From an uncultured Christensenella sp. (GTDB lineage Bacteria > Bacillota > Clostridia > Christensenellales > CAG-138): 64,000 nt of DNA. The DNA lies in contig CAYLIG010000001.1 of the NCBI GenBank assembly GCA_964383635.1, positions 91,866-155,865 on the forward strand. Direction: 5' to 3'. Positions 44,259 to 54,100 of the stretch are shown here, one piece after another; within the stretch, counting starts at the first letter, position 1; each line of letters begins with the position of its first letter. The position numbers and the translations under genes were made by a program. The notes under the pieces are model-generated. The model ran no database searches and was not told the DNA's origin. It was given only the letters and a program-made list of their open reading frames with translations.

Positions 44259-47200
44259 CTATTTGACTTTGACGCTGTCCGTTCCGAAGCGGCCTTCCGC
44301 CTCGGCAAGGAACGCGTCCGAAATAGAAACATAGTATTCTTTCGGCACGCCTTTGCCGATCTTCTTCGCCGCGTCGTAGAGCACGACGGGCGCCGTGCCT
44401 GGATAGCGCTTCAAAAAAGCGCAGGCGCTGTTCGCTGCTTCGTCCGGCAGCGAATCGAAGCGGATGTAGACGCTGCGGCTGGTTTCGCCAAGCGGCTGCA
44501 TCTGTTCGACAAGCAGCGAATTTGCGCGGTCTTCGCGGATGTTGAGCCGACCGCGCACGAGCACCGGCGCGTCGTCCGTAAACAGTGATCCGACCTGCTG
44601 TAGTACGCGCGGAAAGAGCACCGCCTCCACGCTGCCGGTCAGCCCTTCGAGCACCGCGTAGCCCATCAGTCCGCTGCCGGAGCGCGTCGGCTTTTGCTTG
44701 CACTGTGTGAGGAGCCCGCCGACGGTGACGGTTTCTTCGTCCTTTACCATGCCGGTGCCGTCCGCCTCCGCGAGTTCTTCGAGCGTATAGCGCAGCTTCT
44801 TCAGCTGGTCGCCATAGTTGTCGAGCGGATGACCGGAAAGATAGATGCCCGTGGACTCGCGCTCGCGCAGCAGCATGAGCTGATGCGGCAGCTCCGCGAT
44901 ATTCGGCAGCGGAATCTCCGCGCCCTGCAGCTGCTCGCCGCCGTCGAGGTCGAAGAGCGAGAGCTGACCCGCGCCGCGCGCTTTGCGGAGCGCGACGGAA
45001 GCGTCCAGCGCGCGTTCGTAGACGCCGAGGTACTGCGAGCGTCTGCCGCCCATGGAGTCGAAGCAGCCCGCGCTGATCAGCGATTCGATCATGCGCTTGT
45101 TCAGCCCGTCCACGCGGTCGCAAAAGTCGAATATACTCGAAAACTTCCCGTGCTGCGTGCGCTCCTGTACCATGGCCTCCATGGCGGCGGCGCCGACGTT
45201 TCTCACGGCGGAAAGCCCGAAGCGGATCGCGCCTTTTTCCGGCGCAAAGCGCGCGCGGGAATAGTTCACGTCCGGCGGGAGCACCTTGATGCCGTGGTTC
45301 TTGGCGCTGTAGACATACGCCGCGACCGAGCCGACCGAGCCGAGATAGCTGTTGATCAACGCGGTGAGAAACTCTACCGGATAATAGTATTTCAGGTAGG
45401 CCGTGCGGTAGGCGAGTACCGCGTATGCCGCCGCGTGGGATTTGTTGAACGCATACGACGCAAAGTCCATCATCTCGTCGAAGATTTTATCCGCGACCGC
45501 CTCCGGCACGCCGTTTGCCACCGCGCCGACGACGCCCTCCGTGCCGTGGATGAAATATTCGCGCTCCTTTGCCATCACGTCGTGCTTCTTCTTCGCCATC
45601 GCTCGGCGCACGAGGTCGCTGCGGCCGTAGGAATAGCCCGCGAGCGCGCGGACGATCTCCATGACCTGCTCCTGATAGACCATGCAGCCATAGGTGGTGC
45701 AGAGAATCGGTTCAAGCAGCGGATGCGAGTAGACGACGCTGCTCGGGTCGTGCTTGCCTTTGACATAGCGCGGAATCTGCTCCATGGGGCCCGGGCGGTA
45801 GAGGGAGATGCCCGCGATGAGATCCTCAAAACAGTCCGGCTTGAGCTGCTGGAGAAACTGGCGCATGCCGCCGGACTCCAACTGGAACACCCCGTCGGTG
45901 TCGCCGGAGGCGATCATGCGATAGACCGCGTCGTCGGTAAACGGCATGTTCTCGAGATCCGGCACGGGCAGGCCGTCCTCCTCGATAAAGCCGAGCGTGT
46001 CGCGGATGACCGTCAGCGTCCGAAGCCCGAGAAAGTCCATCTTGAGAAGCCCCAGCTCCTCAAGCGTGGTCATCGGAAACTGCGTGGTGACGACGGAATC
46101 GTTCACCTGCAGCGGCACGACGTCCGTAATCGGCACGCTGGAGATCACGACGCCCGCCGCGTGGGTCGAGCTGTGCCGCGGCAATCCTTCCAGACGGAGC
46201 GAAAGGTCGATGATCTTTTTGGTCGTCTCGTCGTTTTGATACTGCGCCTTGAGATCCGGCGAGATGGAAAGCGCGCGCTCGAGCGTCATATTCAGCTCAA
46301 ACGGCACCATCTTGCTCAGGCGGTCCACGTCCGCATACGGCACGCGCAGCACGCGCCCGACGTCCCGGATGACCGCGCGCGCCGCCATGGTGCCAAACGT
46401 GATGATCTGGCTGACGTGTCCGTCCCCGTATTTCTCGGCGACATAATCGATGACCTCCTGGCGACGCTCGTAGCAGAAGTCGATGTCAAAGTCCGGCATG
46501 CTGATGCGCTCCGGGTTGAGGAAGCGCTCGAAGAGCAGGTTGTACTGGATCGGGTCTACGTCCGTAATGTCGAGGCAGTACGCCGCGAGGCTGCCCGCGC
46601 CGCTGCCACGGCCTGGACCGACCATAATGCCGTTGACCTTGGCGTAATGAATGAAGTCCCAGACGATGAGAAAGTAGTCCACAAAGCCCATCTGCACGAT
46701 GACGCCGAGCTCGTATTCCAGCCGCTCTTTGGCTTCTTCGTCCGCATTCGGCAGCTTTTTTGCCATGCCCTCATAGCAGAGGCGGCGAAGATAGTCCGCG
46801 TTGTCCATGCCGTCCGGCGCGGTGAACGCGGGCATGCGGCGCACGCCAAACTGGATTTCGAGGTTGCACTTATCGACGATTTCGGCGGTGTTATCCAGCG
46901 CCTCCGCGTCCTCGGGCAGGGCTTTGAGCATCTCCTCCCCGCTTTTGAGGAAGAACTGCTGTCCCTCCATGCGCATGCGGTCGGGCTCGTCCACAAAGCG
47001 CTGCGTCTGGATGCAGAGCAGCACGTCCTGCGCCTCCGCGTCGTCCGAGGAGACATAGTGCACGTCGTTGGTGGCGACGCACTTGGCGCCGATTTCGGCG
47101 GCGATTTTGCGAAGCCCCGGCAGAACCTGAAGCTGTTCCGGGATGCCGTGGTTTTGCAGCTCGATGTAAAAATCCTCGCCAAACATGCCCTGCAGGCGCT

Positions 47201-47678
47201 TTGCGTGCCGCAGCGCGCCGTCGTAGTCGTTTGCCAGCAGCGCCTGCGGGATATCCCCTGCAAGGCATGCGGAGAGACAGACGAGTCCTTCGGCATGCTG
47301 CTCGAGCAGCTCGTAGTCGATCCGCGGGCGGTAATAGAACCCGTGCAGAAACGCCTCGCTTGAGAGAACCATGAGGTTTTGATAGCCGGTTTCGTTTTTG
47401 CAAAGCAGGATCAGGTGCGCGTATTCGCGATCCTGCGACCCCTCGCGATCCTGCATGGAACGCGGGGCGACGTAGGTCTCCATGCCGATGATGGGCTTGA
47501 CGCCCTCTTTCTGGCAGGCCTTATAAAAATCGATCACGCCGTACATCACGCCGTGGTCGGTGATGGCGAGGGAGGTCTGCCCGAGCGCCTTTGCGCGCTT
47601 CACCAGATCGGGAATGCGCGCCGCTCCGTCGAGCAGGCTGTATTGCGTGTGTACGTGCAGATGCGTGAAATTACCCAT
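44259..47678 (-). CDS. dnaE: DNA polymerase III subunit alpha
   Basis: 1139 aa. PHP domain FTHLHVHTQYSLLDGA, then PDFDIDF and the finger/OB regions. Confidence 0.97.
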   Translation of the reverse strand: MGNFTHLHVHTQYSLLDGAARIPDLVKRAKALGQTSLAITDHGVMYGVIDFYKACQKEGVKPIIGMETYVAPRSMQDREGSQDREYAHLILLCKNETGYQNLMVLSSEAFLHGFYYRPRIDYELLEQHAEGLVCLSACLAGDIPQALLANDYDGALRHAKRLQGMFGEDFYIELQNHGIPEQLQVLPGLRKIAAEIGAKCVATNDVHYVSSDDAEAQDVLLCIQTQRFVDEPDRMRMEGQQFFLKSGEEMLKALPEDAEALDNTAEIVDKCNLEIQFGVRRMPAFTAPDGMDNADYLRRLCYEGMAKKLPNADEEAKERLEYELGVIVQMGFVDYFLIVWDFIHYAKVNGIMVGPGRGSGAGSLAAYCLDITDVDPIQYNLLFERFLNPERISMPDFDIDFCYERRQEVIDYVAEKYGDGHVSQIITFGTMAARAVIRDVGRVLRVPYADVDRLSKMVPFELNMTLERALSISPDLKAQYQNDETTKKIIDLSLRLEGLPRHSSTHAAGVVISSVPITDVVPLQVNDSVVTTQFPMTTLEELGLLKMDFLGLRTLTVIRDTLGFIEEDGLPVPDLENMPFTDDAVYRMIASGDTDGVFQLESGGMRQFLQQLKPDCFEDLIAGISLYRPGPMEQIPRYVKGKHDPSSVVYSHPLLEPILCTTYGCMVYQEQVMEIVRALAGYSYGRSDLVRRAMAKKKHDVMAKEREYFIHGTEGVVGAVANGVPEAVADKIFDEMMDFASYAFNKSHAAAYAVLAYRTAYLKYYYPVEFLTALINSYLGSVGSVAAYVYSAKNHGIKVLPPDVNYSRARFAPEKGAIRFGLSAVRNVGAAAMEAMVQERTQHGKFSSIFDFCDRVDGLNKRMIESLISAGCFDSMGGRRSQYLGVYERALDASVALRKARGAGQLSLFDLDGGEQLQGAEIPLPNIAELPHQLMLLRERESTGIYLSGHPLDNYGDQLKKLRYTLEELAEADGTGMVKDEETVTVGGLLTQCKQKPTRSGSGLMGYAVLEGLTGSVEAVLFPRVLQQVGSLFTDDAPVLVRGRLNIREDRANSLLVEQMQPLGETSRSVYIRFDSLPDEAANSACAFLKRYPGTAPVVLYDAAKKIGKGVPKEYYVSISDAFLAEAEGRFGTDSVKVK

Positions 47679-48594
47679 GTCGGATCTCCTTTGCGAGGCG
47701 AACCAGCCGCGCGAGGCGGTGGTTCATGCCGCTTTTGCCGATTTCGGCGAGCTCGGCGAGCTCCTGCAGCGTGGCCTCGGGGTGGTTGAGGCGCAAAAGC
47801 GCAGCTTCGTAGAGCGGGGCTGGCAGGCGGTTTAAGCCCATGTGCTCCTCGATCATATCGATGGCCTGCCGCTGCTCGGTTGCCGCATAGACCGTTTTTT
47901 CGATGTTGGCGGTCTCGCAGTTGGTCTTTCGGTTGACATAGTTGCGAAAGTCCCGCTCGGCACGGGCGCTTTCAAAATTGAGCGCGGAGCCGTTTGCGCC
48001 GACGAGCGCGAGAAAAGCGGAGACATCGTCGCCCTTGAGGTAGACGACCGGCTTTTCGCGGCGCAGCATCGTCCTGCCCTGCGGGCCGAACACGGCGAGT
48101 ACGGCGACGAGCTGGGCGGCGAATGCATCGGACCGCGCGACGATCTCCAGATGGTACCCGCGGTACGGATTGGTACACGAGCCGCTGCCCAGAAACGCGC
48201 CGCGCAGGAACGCGCGCCTGCATTCGTCGTCGGCAAGCAGCTGCTCCGGCACGGTTTCGCCGATGGCGAATTCGCCTCCGTCGATCAACAAAAGGCCGGT
48301 TTGAATGAGCATTTTTTCCGCGTCGTCGCCATGAAGCGTGACAAGCGTGAGCGGGCGCCGGTGCTCGCGTTCGCTTAATTCAATGGTCGGCTCCAGCGAA
48401 TAGAGCGCGGCGGCGAGGGAGACGATGAGCTTGCCGACGGCGAGGGATTCGGTTGTGAACACTGCGCCGCGACCGCGTCCAATCGTGAGCGCGCCGCAGG
48501 TATGGACAAGCCCCGCCAGTTCGGCGAGGCGGACAAGATCCGACTTGAGGCGAATCTTGACGAGGTCTTCCTTTGCGCTGCTCGAAAACGACAT
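47671..48594 (-). CDS. whiA: DNA-binding protein WhiA
   Basis: MSFSSSAKEDLV..., LAGLIDADG-like halves and a C-terminal HTH (LQELAELAEIGKSGMNHRLARL). Its stop overlaps the dnaE start by 8 nt. Confidence 0.92.
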   Translation of the reverse strand: MSFSSSAKEDLVKIRLKSDLVRLAELAGLVHTCGALTIGRGRGAVFTTESLAVGKLIVSLAAALYSLEPTIELSEREHRRPLTLVTLHGDDAEKMLIQTGLLLIDGGEFAIGETVPEQLLADDECRRAFLRGAFLGSGSCTNPYRGYHLEIVARSDAFAAQLVAVLAVFGPQGRTMLRREKPVVYLKGDDVSAFLALVGANGSALNFESARAERDFRNYVNRKTNCETANIEKTVYAATEQRQAIDMIEEHMGLNRLPAPLYEAALLRLNHPEATLQELAELAEIGKSGMNHRLARLVRLAKEIRHG

Positions 48595-48644
48595 TGGCTG
48601 CTCCGTTTCTGTCGCGGCAGGGGTAAGCCCGCGCCGCTTTTCTT

Positions 48645-48673
48645 ATTATAAACGATTTTCAAGATGAAGTCAG
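48645..48673 (-). promoter_or_regulatory. sigma-70-type promoter of whiA
   Basis: On the minus strand: CTGACT, 17 nt, TATAAT. Confidence 0.6.
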
Positions 48674-48701
48674 TGAAAAATAACGTCGGATCCGCGCGCA
48701 A

Positions 48702-48727
48702 ACAAAAAACGCCGCGCGGGCGTTTTG
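48702..48727 (-). terminator. rho-independent terminator after rapZ
   Basis: Minus strand ACGCC-cgcgc-GGCGT-TTTTTGT. Confidence 0.65.
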
Positions 48728-48756
48728 AGCTTACCGGATCAGGTTTATATGTTTGA

Positions 48757-49644
48757 TCATCCCTTGTCGAACCGGTCCTTGATATCCGCTGCCTCGGTGG
48801 TGAGGTCGCGGTGATAGATGCGGACGTTCATATCCCGTCCCGCAAAGCGTTTTGCCATCTCCTCCGCCGCGGCGACAGAGCGATGCCGCCCGCCCGTGCA
48901 GCCGAAGCAGACGCGAAGGATATGCTTGTCCTGCTCCAGATACAGCGGAATCAGAGATGTGAGCATCTGCTCCACGCCGTCGAAAAACGCGCCGACAAGC
49001 GGCTGCTCGCAGACGAACGCCTGCACCTGCGCATCGAGGCCGGAGAGCGGGCGCAGTTCAGGAATGTAAAACGGGTTCGGCATAAAGCGCATGTCCAGAA
49101 CAAAGTCCGCGTCCACGGGCACGCCGCGCTTATAGCCAAAGCTGCAGAACAGCAGCGTAATGGCTTTGCTTTCATACTCCGGCAGCACCTTGCCGATCAG
49201 CCCCGGAAAATCGCGGGGCTTGACGTCGCTGGTGTCGAGGATATAGTTCGCGCGGTCGCGCAGGGGCTGGAGGAACACGCGCTCGTGCTTGACGCCCGTC
49301 GCCGCGTCGCCCGCCTCGCCGAGCGGATGGCGGCGGCGCACCTCGTTATAGCGCTTCATGAGCACGTCGTCTCGCGCGTCGAGAAAGAGCATTTCATACG
49401 GCGCGTCGAGCTGGTCGAACGCCGTGGTGATGGTTGCGGAGGAATGGGAGAGCAGGCTCTCGCGGCTGTCTATGGTGACCGCCGCCTTTTGAATGGCGGG
49501 ATCCGCGCTGTTGCAGAGATTGACGAACTCTTTGAGCATGGACGAAGGCAGATTGTCGACGCAGAAATAGCCCTGCTCCTCTAAGCAGCGGAGGGCGAGG
49601 GATTTTCCCGCGCCGGACAGGCCGGTTACGATTAATAAATACAT
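48757..49644 (-). CDS. rapZ: RNase adapter protein RapZ (YvcJ, P-loop NTPase)
   Basis: MYLLIVTGLSGAGKS..LRCLEEQGYFCVDNLP...CTGGRHRSV. Confidence 0.93.
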   Translation of the reverse strand: MYLLIVTGLSGAGKSLALRCLEEQGYFCVDNLPSSMLKEFVNLCNSADPAIQKAAVTIDSRESLLSHSSATITTAFDQLDAPYEMLFLDARDDVLMKRYNEVRRRHPLGEAGDAATGVKHERVFLQPLRDRANYILDTSDVKPRDFPGLIGKVLPEYESKAITLLFCSFGYKRGVPVDADFVLDMRFMPNPFYIPELRPLSGLDAQVQAFVCEQPLVGAFFDGVEQMLTSLIPLYLEQDKHILRVCFGCTGGRHRSVAAAEEMAKRFAGRDMNVRIYHRDLTTEAADIKDRFDKG

Positions 49645-49695
49645 ATACTGTCAACCTCAAAGGTGAAGAATGTCGGTTCATTGTGTGCGCGTTCT

Positions 49696-50598
49696 TTACA
49701 GCTCGCGCAGAAGCTTGACCTCGCGCTCGAGTTGCACGCCGGTTTCATCCAGCACGCGCTGCTGGATGATGGAGATGAGCTCCAGCACGTCCCGCTCGGT
49801 GGCGTTTCCGTTGTTAACGATAAAGCCCGCGTGGAGGGGGCTGACCTGCGCGCCGCCGACGGAAAAGCCCTTGAGGCCGCAGCCTTCGATGAGCGCGCCT
49901 GCAAAGCGACCTTTTGGACGCTTGAATACGCTGCCCGCGCTGGGCAGGGTCAGCGGCTGCTTCTCCTTGCGTTGGCGGGTGGTTTCGAGCATGCGCTCCT
50001 TCGCGCCGCCGTCGTCCTCCTCGAGCTGAAACGTCGCGGAGAGCACGATAACGCCCGGCGCGGAAAATTTGCTCGTACGGTTGCCAAAGTCGGTTTTCTT
50101 TGTGTCAACGTCCAGCACACGCCCGTTTTTAAGGATGCGCAGGCTCTTGATGATGTGTCGAATCTCCGCGCCGTAAGCGCCCGCGTTCATCGCGACCGCG
50201 CCGCCGACCGTGCCGGGAATGCCGCTGAGTGTTTCAAGTCCCATCAGGCGCATATTGACGCTTTCGCGCGCCAGAACGGACAGAGCGGTTCCCGCTGGGC
50301 AGGTGACGGTGGTGTCCACAAACAGGGGCGTGGTCAGCGGGGTGTCGATGCGGATGACGACGCCGCCGTAACCCGCGTCCGGCGCGAGTACGTTGGTGCC
50401 GTTGCCCAGCACGCAAAACGGTGTGCCGAACTGGCTGCAGGCCTGTATCGTGCGGCGGATGTCCTCGGCGTTGTGCGGGCGCATGACGATGGCCGCCGGG
50501 CCGCCGATGCGGAAGCTCGTCAGTGTCGAGAGCGGTACGTTGCATTTGAGGTCGAGTCCCTTGAGGGCAAGGAAGACGCGGTTGAGCGAATTTTCCAT
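49696..50598 (-). CDS. murB: UDP-N-acetylmuramate dehydrogenase
   Basis: TSFRIGGPA, GNGTNVL, GIPGTVGGAV.MNAGAYG and SAGSVFKRP motifs; 300 aa. Confidence 0.95.
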   Translation of the reverse strand: MENSLNRVFLALKGLDLKCNVPLSTLTSFRIGGPAAIVMRPHNAEDIRRTIQACSQFGTPFCVLGNGTNVLAPDAGYGGVVIRIDTPLTTPLFVDTTVTCPAGTALSVLARESVNMRLMGLETLSGIPGTVGGAVAMNAGAYGAEIRHIIKSLRILKNGRVLDVDTKKTDFGNRTSKFSAPGVIVLSATFQLEEDDGGAKERMLETTRQRKEKQPLTLPSAGSVFKRPKGRFAGALIEGCGLKGFSVGGAQVSPLHAGFIVNNGNATERDVLELISIIQQRVLDETGVQLEREVKLLREL

Positions 50599-50780
50599 GC
50601 TGTTATCATAACAAACTGTTCACAATTAGACAACCGAAAATGCAGGCGATTTTGCATAATTACACGAACAGTACAGTTTTACTGAAAATAAGAGATGCCA
50701 TTGACAGCGCAGATTAAAAAAACTTAAGATAATCACAAAAGCAATTTGTATTCCGTCATCCGGTCTCGTATCATTGACAT

Positions 50781-51958
50781 CAGGTCAATCGATTGCAGAA
50801 AACAAAATGGGGTCGAAAAGGCCAATCATGGATAAAAGCAAACTCGCCAAATATATATTGCTGTTTCTTGCGCTGCCGTTTGCGGCGTATCTGTTGATCG
50901 ACTGCATTGCAGGATACATCCCGCCGACGGAATCTTATAAAAAAACTCCATATCAGTTTGAGGAAGCATTTAACGAAGAGATGGCGCAATACGGCATGTC
51001 GATTGATATCGACAGCGCCAACTTTTCCTATGGCGGCGATCGTGTAAGCAAAACGGTACCCATAGTCTGCGAAGATGGGAGCAAGATCACCTGTACCTAT
51101 TTTCCGACAAGCGAGCGAAACAAAGCGTTGATCAACTATATCGTTTTTGAGCAGGAATTAACGGGGGAAAAGGGGGAGACGGTTTACATTGAGCCATTAC
51201 TAACCTTCCTGCTGGATGAATTTGAAACGGCCATGACGGTAAATAAAGATGAATCGCTCAATCCAATCCGGGGGGTTAGTTATAACGAGGCGTTGCGCCT
51301 TTGCCGAGAATTTGTTGATGGAGAGGATAAAGATACAAGATTCACAATTTATCCGGAAACGGATCGTGGCAGGGCTGTGAAATTAAAAAGAGAGACTGAT
51401 GTGGCAATGCGCCTTTCCATCAGCTTGCTTATATGGGATTAACAGTTAGCCATTATACGTACCAAATTCAACAATACTCAAACAGGTCAATCGATTGCAG
51501 AAAACAATATGGGGTTGAAAAGGCCAATCATGGATAAAAGCAAACTCGCCAAATATATATTGCTGTTTCTTGCGCTGCCGTTTGCGGCGTATCTGTTGAT
51601 CGACTGCATTGCAGGATACATCCCGCCGACGGAATCTTATAAAAAAACTCCATATCAGTTTGAGGAAGCATTTAACGAAGAGATGGCGCAATACGGCATG
51701 TCGATTGATATCGACAGCGCCAACTTTTCCTATGGCGGCGATCGTGTAAGCAAAACGGTACCCATAGTCTGCGAAGATGGGAGCAAGATCACCTGTACCT
51801 ATTTTCCGACAAGCGAGCGAAACAAAGCGTTGATCAACTATATCGTTTTTGAGCAGGAATTAACGGGGGAAAAGGGGGAGATGGTTTACATTGAGCCATT
51901 ACTGATCTTCCTGCTGGATGAATTTGAAACGGCCATGACGGTAAATAACGACGAATCG
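50781..51958 (+). repeat. tandem direct duplication, 702-bp period (near-identical blocks 50781-51256 and 51483-51958)
   Basis: By-eye alignment. The blocks start at CAGGTCAATCGATTGCAGAAAACAA in both copies, and I saw only a handful of substitutions across about 476 bp. Downstream of GAATCG the copies diverge. Confidence 0.9.
50807..51442 (+). CDS. hypothetical N-terminally membrane-anchored protein, paralog A (AT-rich island 2)
   Basis: MGSKRPIMDKSKLAKYILLFLALPFAAYLLIDCIAG... An alternative start at 50828 (MDKSK) follows AAAAGG. No family recognised. Confidence 0.6.
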   Translation: MGSKRPIMDKSKLAKYILLFLALPFAAYLLIDCIAGYIPPTESYKKTPYQFEEAFNEEMAQYGMSIDIDSANFSYGGDRVSKTVPIVCEDGSKITCTYFPTSERNKALINYIVFEQELTGEKGETVYIEPLLTFLLDEFETAMTVNKDESLNPIRGVSYNEALRLCREFVDGEDKDTRFTIYPETDRGRAVKLKRETDVAMRLSISLLIWD

Positions 51959-52144
51959 ATAGACTCCTATTTCGGCGTAAGTTATAACGAGGCGCTGGAA
52001 TATTGCCGGAACTTTATAGAAGGCGATGAAACAAGCGAGAAGTTTTTTGTTTGTCCGGAACAAGGATACGGAACGGCAGTTACATTGAGAAGACAGGCGT
52101 GCGAAACGACATGCCTGTCTATTCACATGCTTGTGTGGGATTAA
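51509..52144 (+). CDS. hypothetical N-terminally membrane-anchored protein, paralog B (AT-rich island 2)
   Basis: The first 150 or so aa are almost identical to paralog A, and the last 60 or so aa are diverged but alignable. Alternative start at 51530. Confidence 0.6.
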   Translation: MGLKRPIMDKSKLAKYILLFLALPFAAYLLIDCIAGYIPPTESYKKTPYQFEEAFNEEMAQYGMSIDIDSANFSYGGDRVSKTVPIVCEDGSKITCTYFPTSERNKALINYIVFEQELTGEKGEMVYIEPLLIFLLDEFETAMTVNNDESIDSYFGVSYNEALEYCRNFIEGDETSEKFFVCPEQGYGTAVTLRRQACETTCLSIHMLVWD

Positions 52145-52147
52145 AAA

Positions 52148-54100
52148 TTAACCTTTATATGTGTTGAATCTTACGAGAGCTTGTTCGGTATTCGCGCTAT
52201 TTTGATAATGGGTTACTATAATTAGTGAAATTGTTTCCTTCGTTAGGTGTGCAGTGTGATCCCACGGATCAATTTTATCTAGAAACTCACCAAGGTAAGG
52301 GAGATCGGAAGGAGATAGATTTTCAGGGATAAATGCAGGCATACCATTGTAAACGCCAAATTCATACGCTGCATCGACTATCATAGCTGGTGCTGCTAGC
52401 AGCTTCAGGCCGAGACCGACCTGTTCACCGATCATATCCCAAACTGTCGTGCGTTTCACTTCTATTGAAACTTCAGAGGGGAGTTTATTTCCTAAATGAA
52501 CTTCGATGTCGTCGCCGTCACATGAAATAGTAACGTGGTACTGTCCTCCTTCATAATAATAACCACCTATTTGGATGTTTTTTTCTTCAACAATATCCAT
52601 GCCATTCCAAATCCGCGGGCGGATCGGAGAATGAGTTTCGTCTGCGATGATCGCTTGCGCGGAATCTTGATCGGAGAGAAGATCGCGCATCAACTTCTCG
52701 AAATTTCTGGGGTTCGACAATTTTTTTACGCCTTTTTCATTAATCTGATCGACCAATGTTTGTAATTGAGATATCGATAGTTCGTTAATCAGACTTTTAA
52801 ACTGTGATTCTGGAAACTGTAGCAACTTAGCTTCGTCGATGATACTGGCAAGCTGTCGCCGGTACATTGAGTCGTTTTTATTGTATGCAGAGGTGAGGTA
52901 ATCCAGATAATGTTGTTTCGCTGCTTCACCGCTAAACTCAATCTTGCCGGATTCAACTTCACTGATTAAAGTATCCAGTTTCGACATGTCTGAAAAAAAT
53001 TCATCGGCTGTATTAAAAACGTCCGAATCACGATGAAGCAAGCCGTCGATTGAAGCATCGCCGGTTAAGAGTTCCCCGATCTGACCGCGTACTTCGTTCG
53101 CATCTTCTCGCTTTCCGCTATATCCCCGCACACCAAACCCAAATGAGGCAAGGAGCGTATCCTCTTTTTCATTTAGCATAGTTAAAAATGTATTTGCTGT
53201 TCTTGGGGTGGCAAAAAGCGGTAGATCATGATTCTTCACACCGATTCGTGCGCTGGCAATCTTGAATAATTCATCCGCAATTTCAGTTGTTTGTGATGAA
53301 GATAATCCATAAGCGAATCTGTTTTTCTGGATATCTTGAATAATAGCAATCGTTTCAAGCGATGTACTCGCGTTAAGAAGCTTCATTTGTGCTTCCTTAC
53401 TTTGGCCGCTGCTTTGCAGTTTTCGCTGTTGCTGCCTGGCGGATAAATCATCCCAGCCGGTTAGGTCAAAGTCTTCTGGAAGGTCTGCAACGAGTTCAGC
53501 AATGCCTTGATATTCGTCTGGAATGGGAGGAATAGCGGGCTGAAGCTGAAATGGATAGAACAGCGAATCTGGCTTTTTCGCGCTTTTCCCCGAAGGCAGG
53601 GTGGATCCGGTCTTGTCCTGTTTTAAAACCGGAGGAGAAACAAGACCTGCATTCAGATCGGATTTTCCGTTATGTACTTGTAGCAAAAGAGTTTTTATCA
53701 CTTTCGGGTCGACAGACAGAAGAGATAAGGACAGGGGCGAAGACGATGTGGCTTTACCAGATTGCTTGATAGTAGAGGCGGAGGGAGTTATTCCAGCAGG
53801 ATTGTTGCTGTAATCACTATTAAGTGCGGCAAATAATTTCTCAGCCGCAACGATATCCACTTTGAATGGCAGAAATAGAAGATCGTTATGGTTAGTTTTG
53901 GCAGTTGTTTTATTTCCGACAGGTGGCGTTGCCAGCGAAGAGGCGCTTCCGGTGCCGGTAGTTGCGTTTTGCTTAGACTTGTCCGCAATGATCGGAGCAT
54001 GAGTAAGATCAAAATGTAACGGCGAAGCACCAGTCTGGTTCGGAGGGACGGCTTTTTTGGACGATTGAATTGGAAGCCGCAGCGTCTTTAACACGAGCAT
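52148..54100 (-). CDS. 650-aa orphan protein (AT-rich island 2)
   Basis: Long uninterrupted ORF in an AT-rich context. An AAAGGAG RBS lies 6 nt before the ATG at 54100. The N-terminal 230 or so aa are Ser/Thr/Pro/Lys/Gln-rich. I saw no signal peptide, TM segment or known motif. Confidence 0.65.
   Translation of the reverse strand: MLVLKTLRLPIQSSKKAVPPNQTGASPLHFDLTHAPIIADKSKQNATTGTGSASSLATPPVGNKTTAKTNHNDLLFLPFKVDIVAAEKLFAALNSDYSNNPAGITPSASTIKQSGKATSSSPLSLSLLSVDPKVIKTLLLQVHNGKSDLNAGLVSPPVLKQDKTGSTLPSGKSAKKPDSLFYPFQLQPAIPPIPDEYQGIAELVADLPEDFDLTGWDDLSARQQQRKLQSSGQSKEAQMKLLNASTSLETIAIIQDIQKNRFAYGLSSSQTTEIADELFKIASARIGVKNHDLPLFATPRTANTFLTMLNEKEDTLLASFGFGVRGYSGKREDANEVRGQIGELLTGDASIDGLLHRDSDVFNTADEFFSDMSKLDTLISEVESGKIEFSGEAAKQHYLDYLTSAYNKNDSMYRRQLASIIDEAKLLQFPESQFKSLINELSISQLQTLVDQINEKGVKKLSNPRNFEKLMRDLLSDQDSAQAIIADETHSPIRPRIWNGMDIVEEKNIQIGGYYYEGGQYHVTISCDGDDIEVHLGNKLPSEVSIEVKRTTVWDMIGEQVGLGLKLLAAPAMIVDAAYEFGVYNGMPAFIPENLSPSDLPYLGEFLDKIDPWDHTAHLTKETISLIIVTHYQNSANTEQALVRFNTYKG

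Noticed and set aside
44694-47363. 889-aa ORF antisense to dnaE
   Set aside because: Same reasoning. dnaE on the minus strand has unmistakable PHP and polymerase motifs, and the plus-strand translation is low-complexity Arg/Ala/Val/His.
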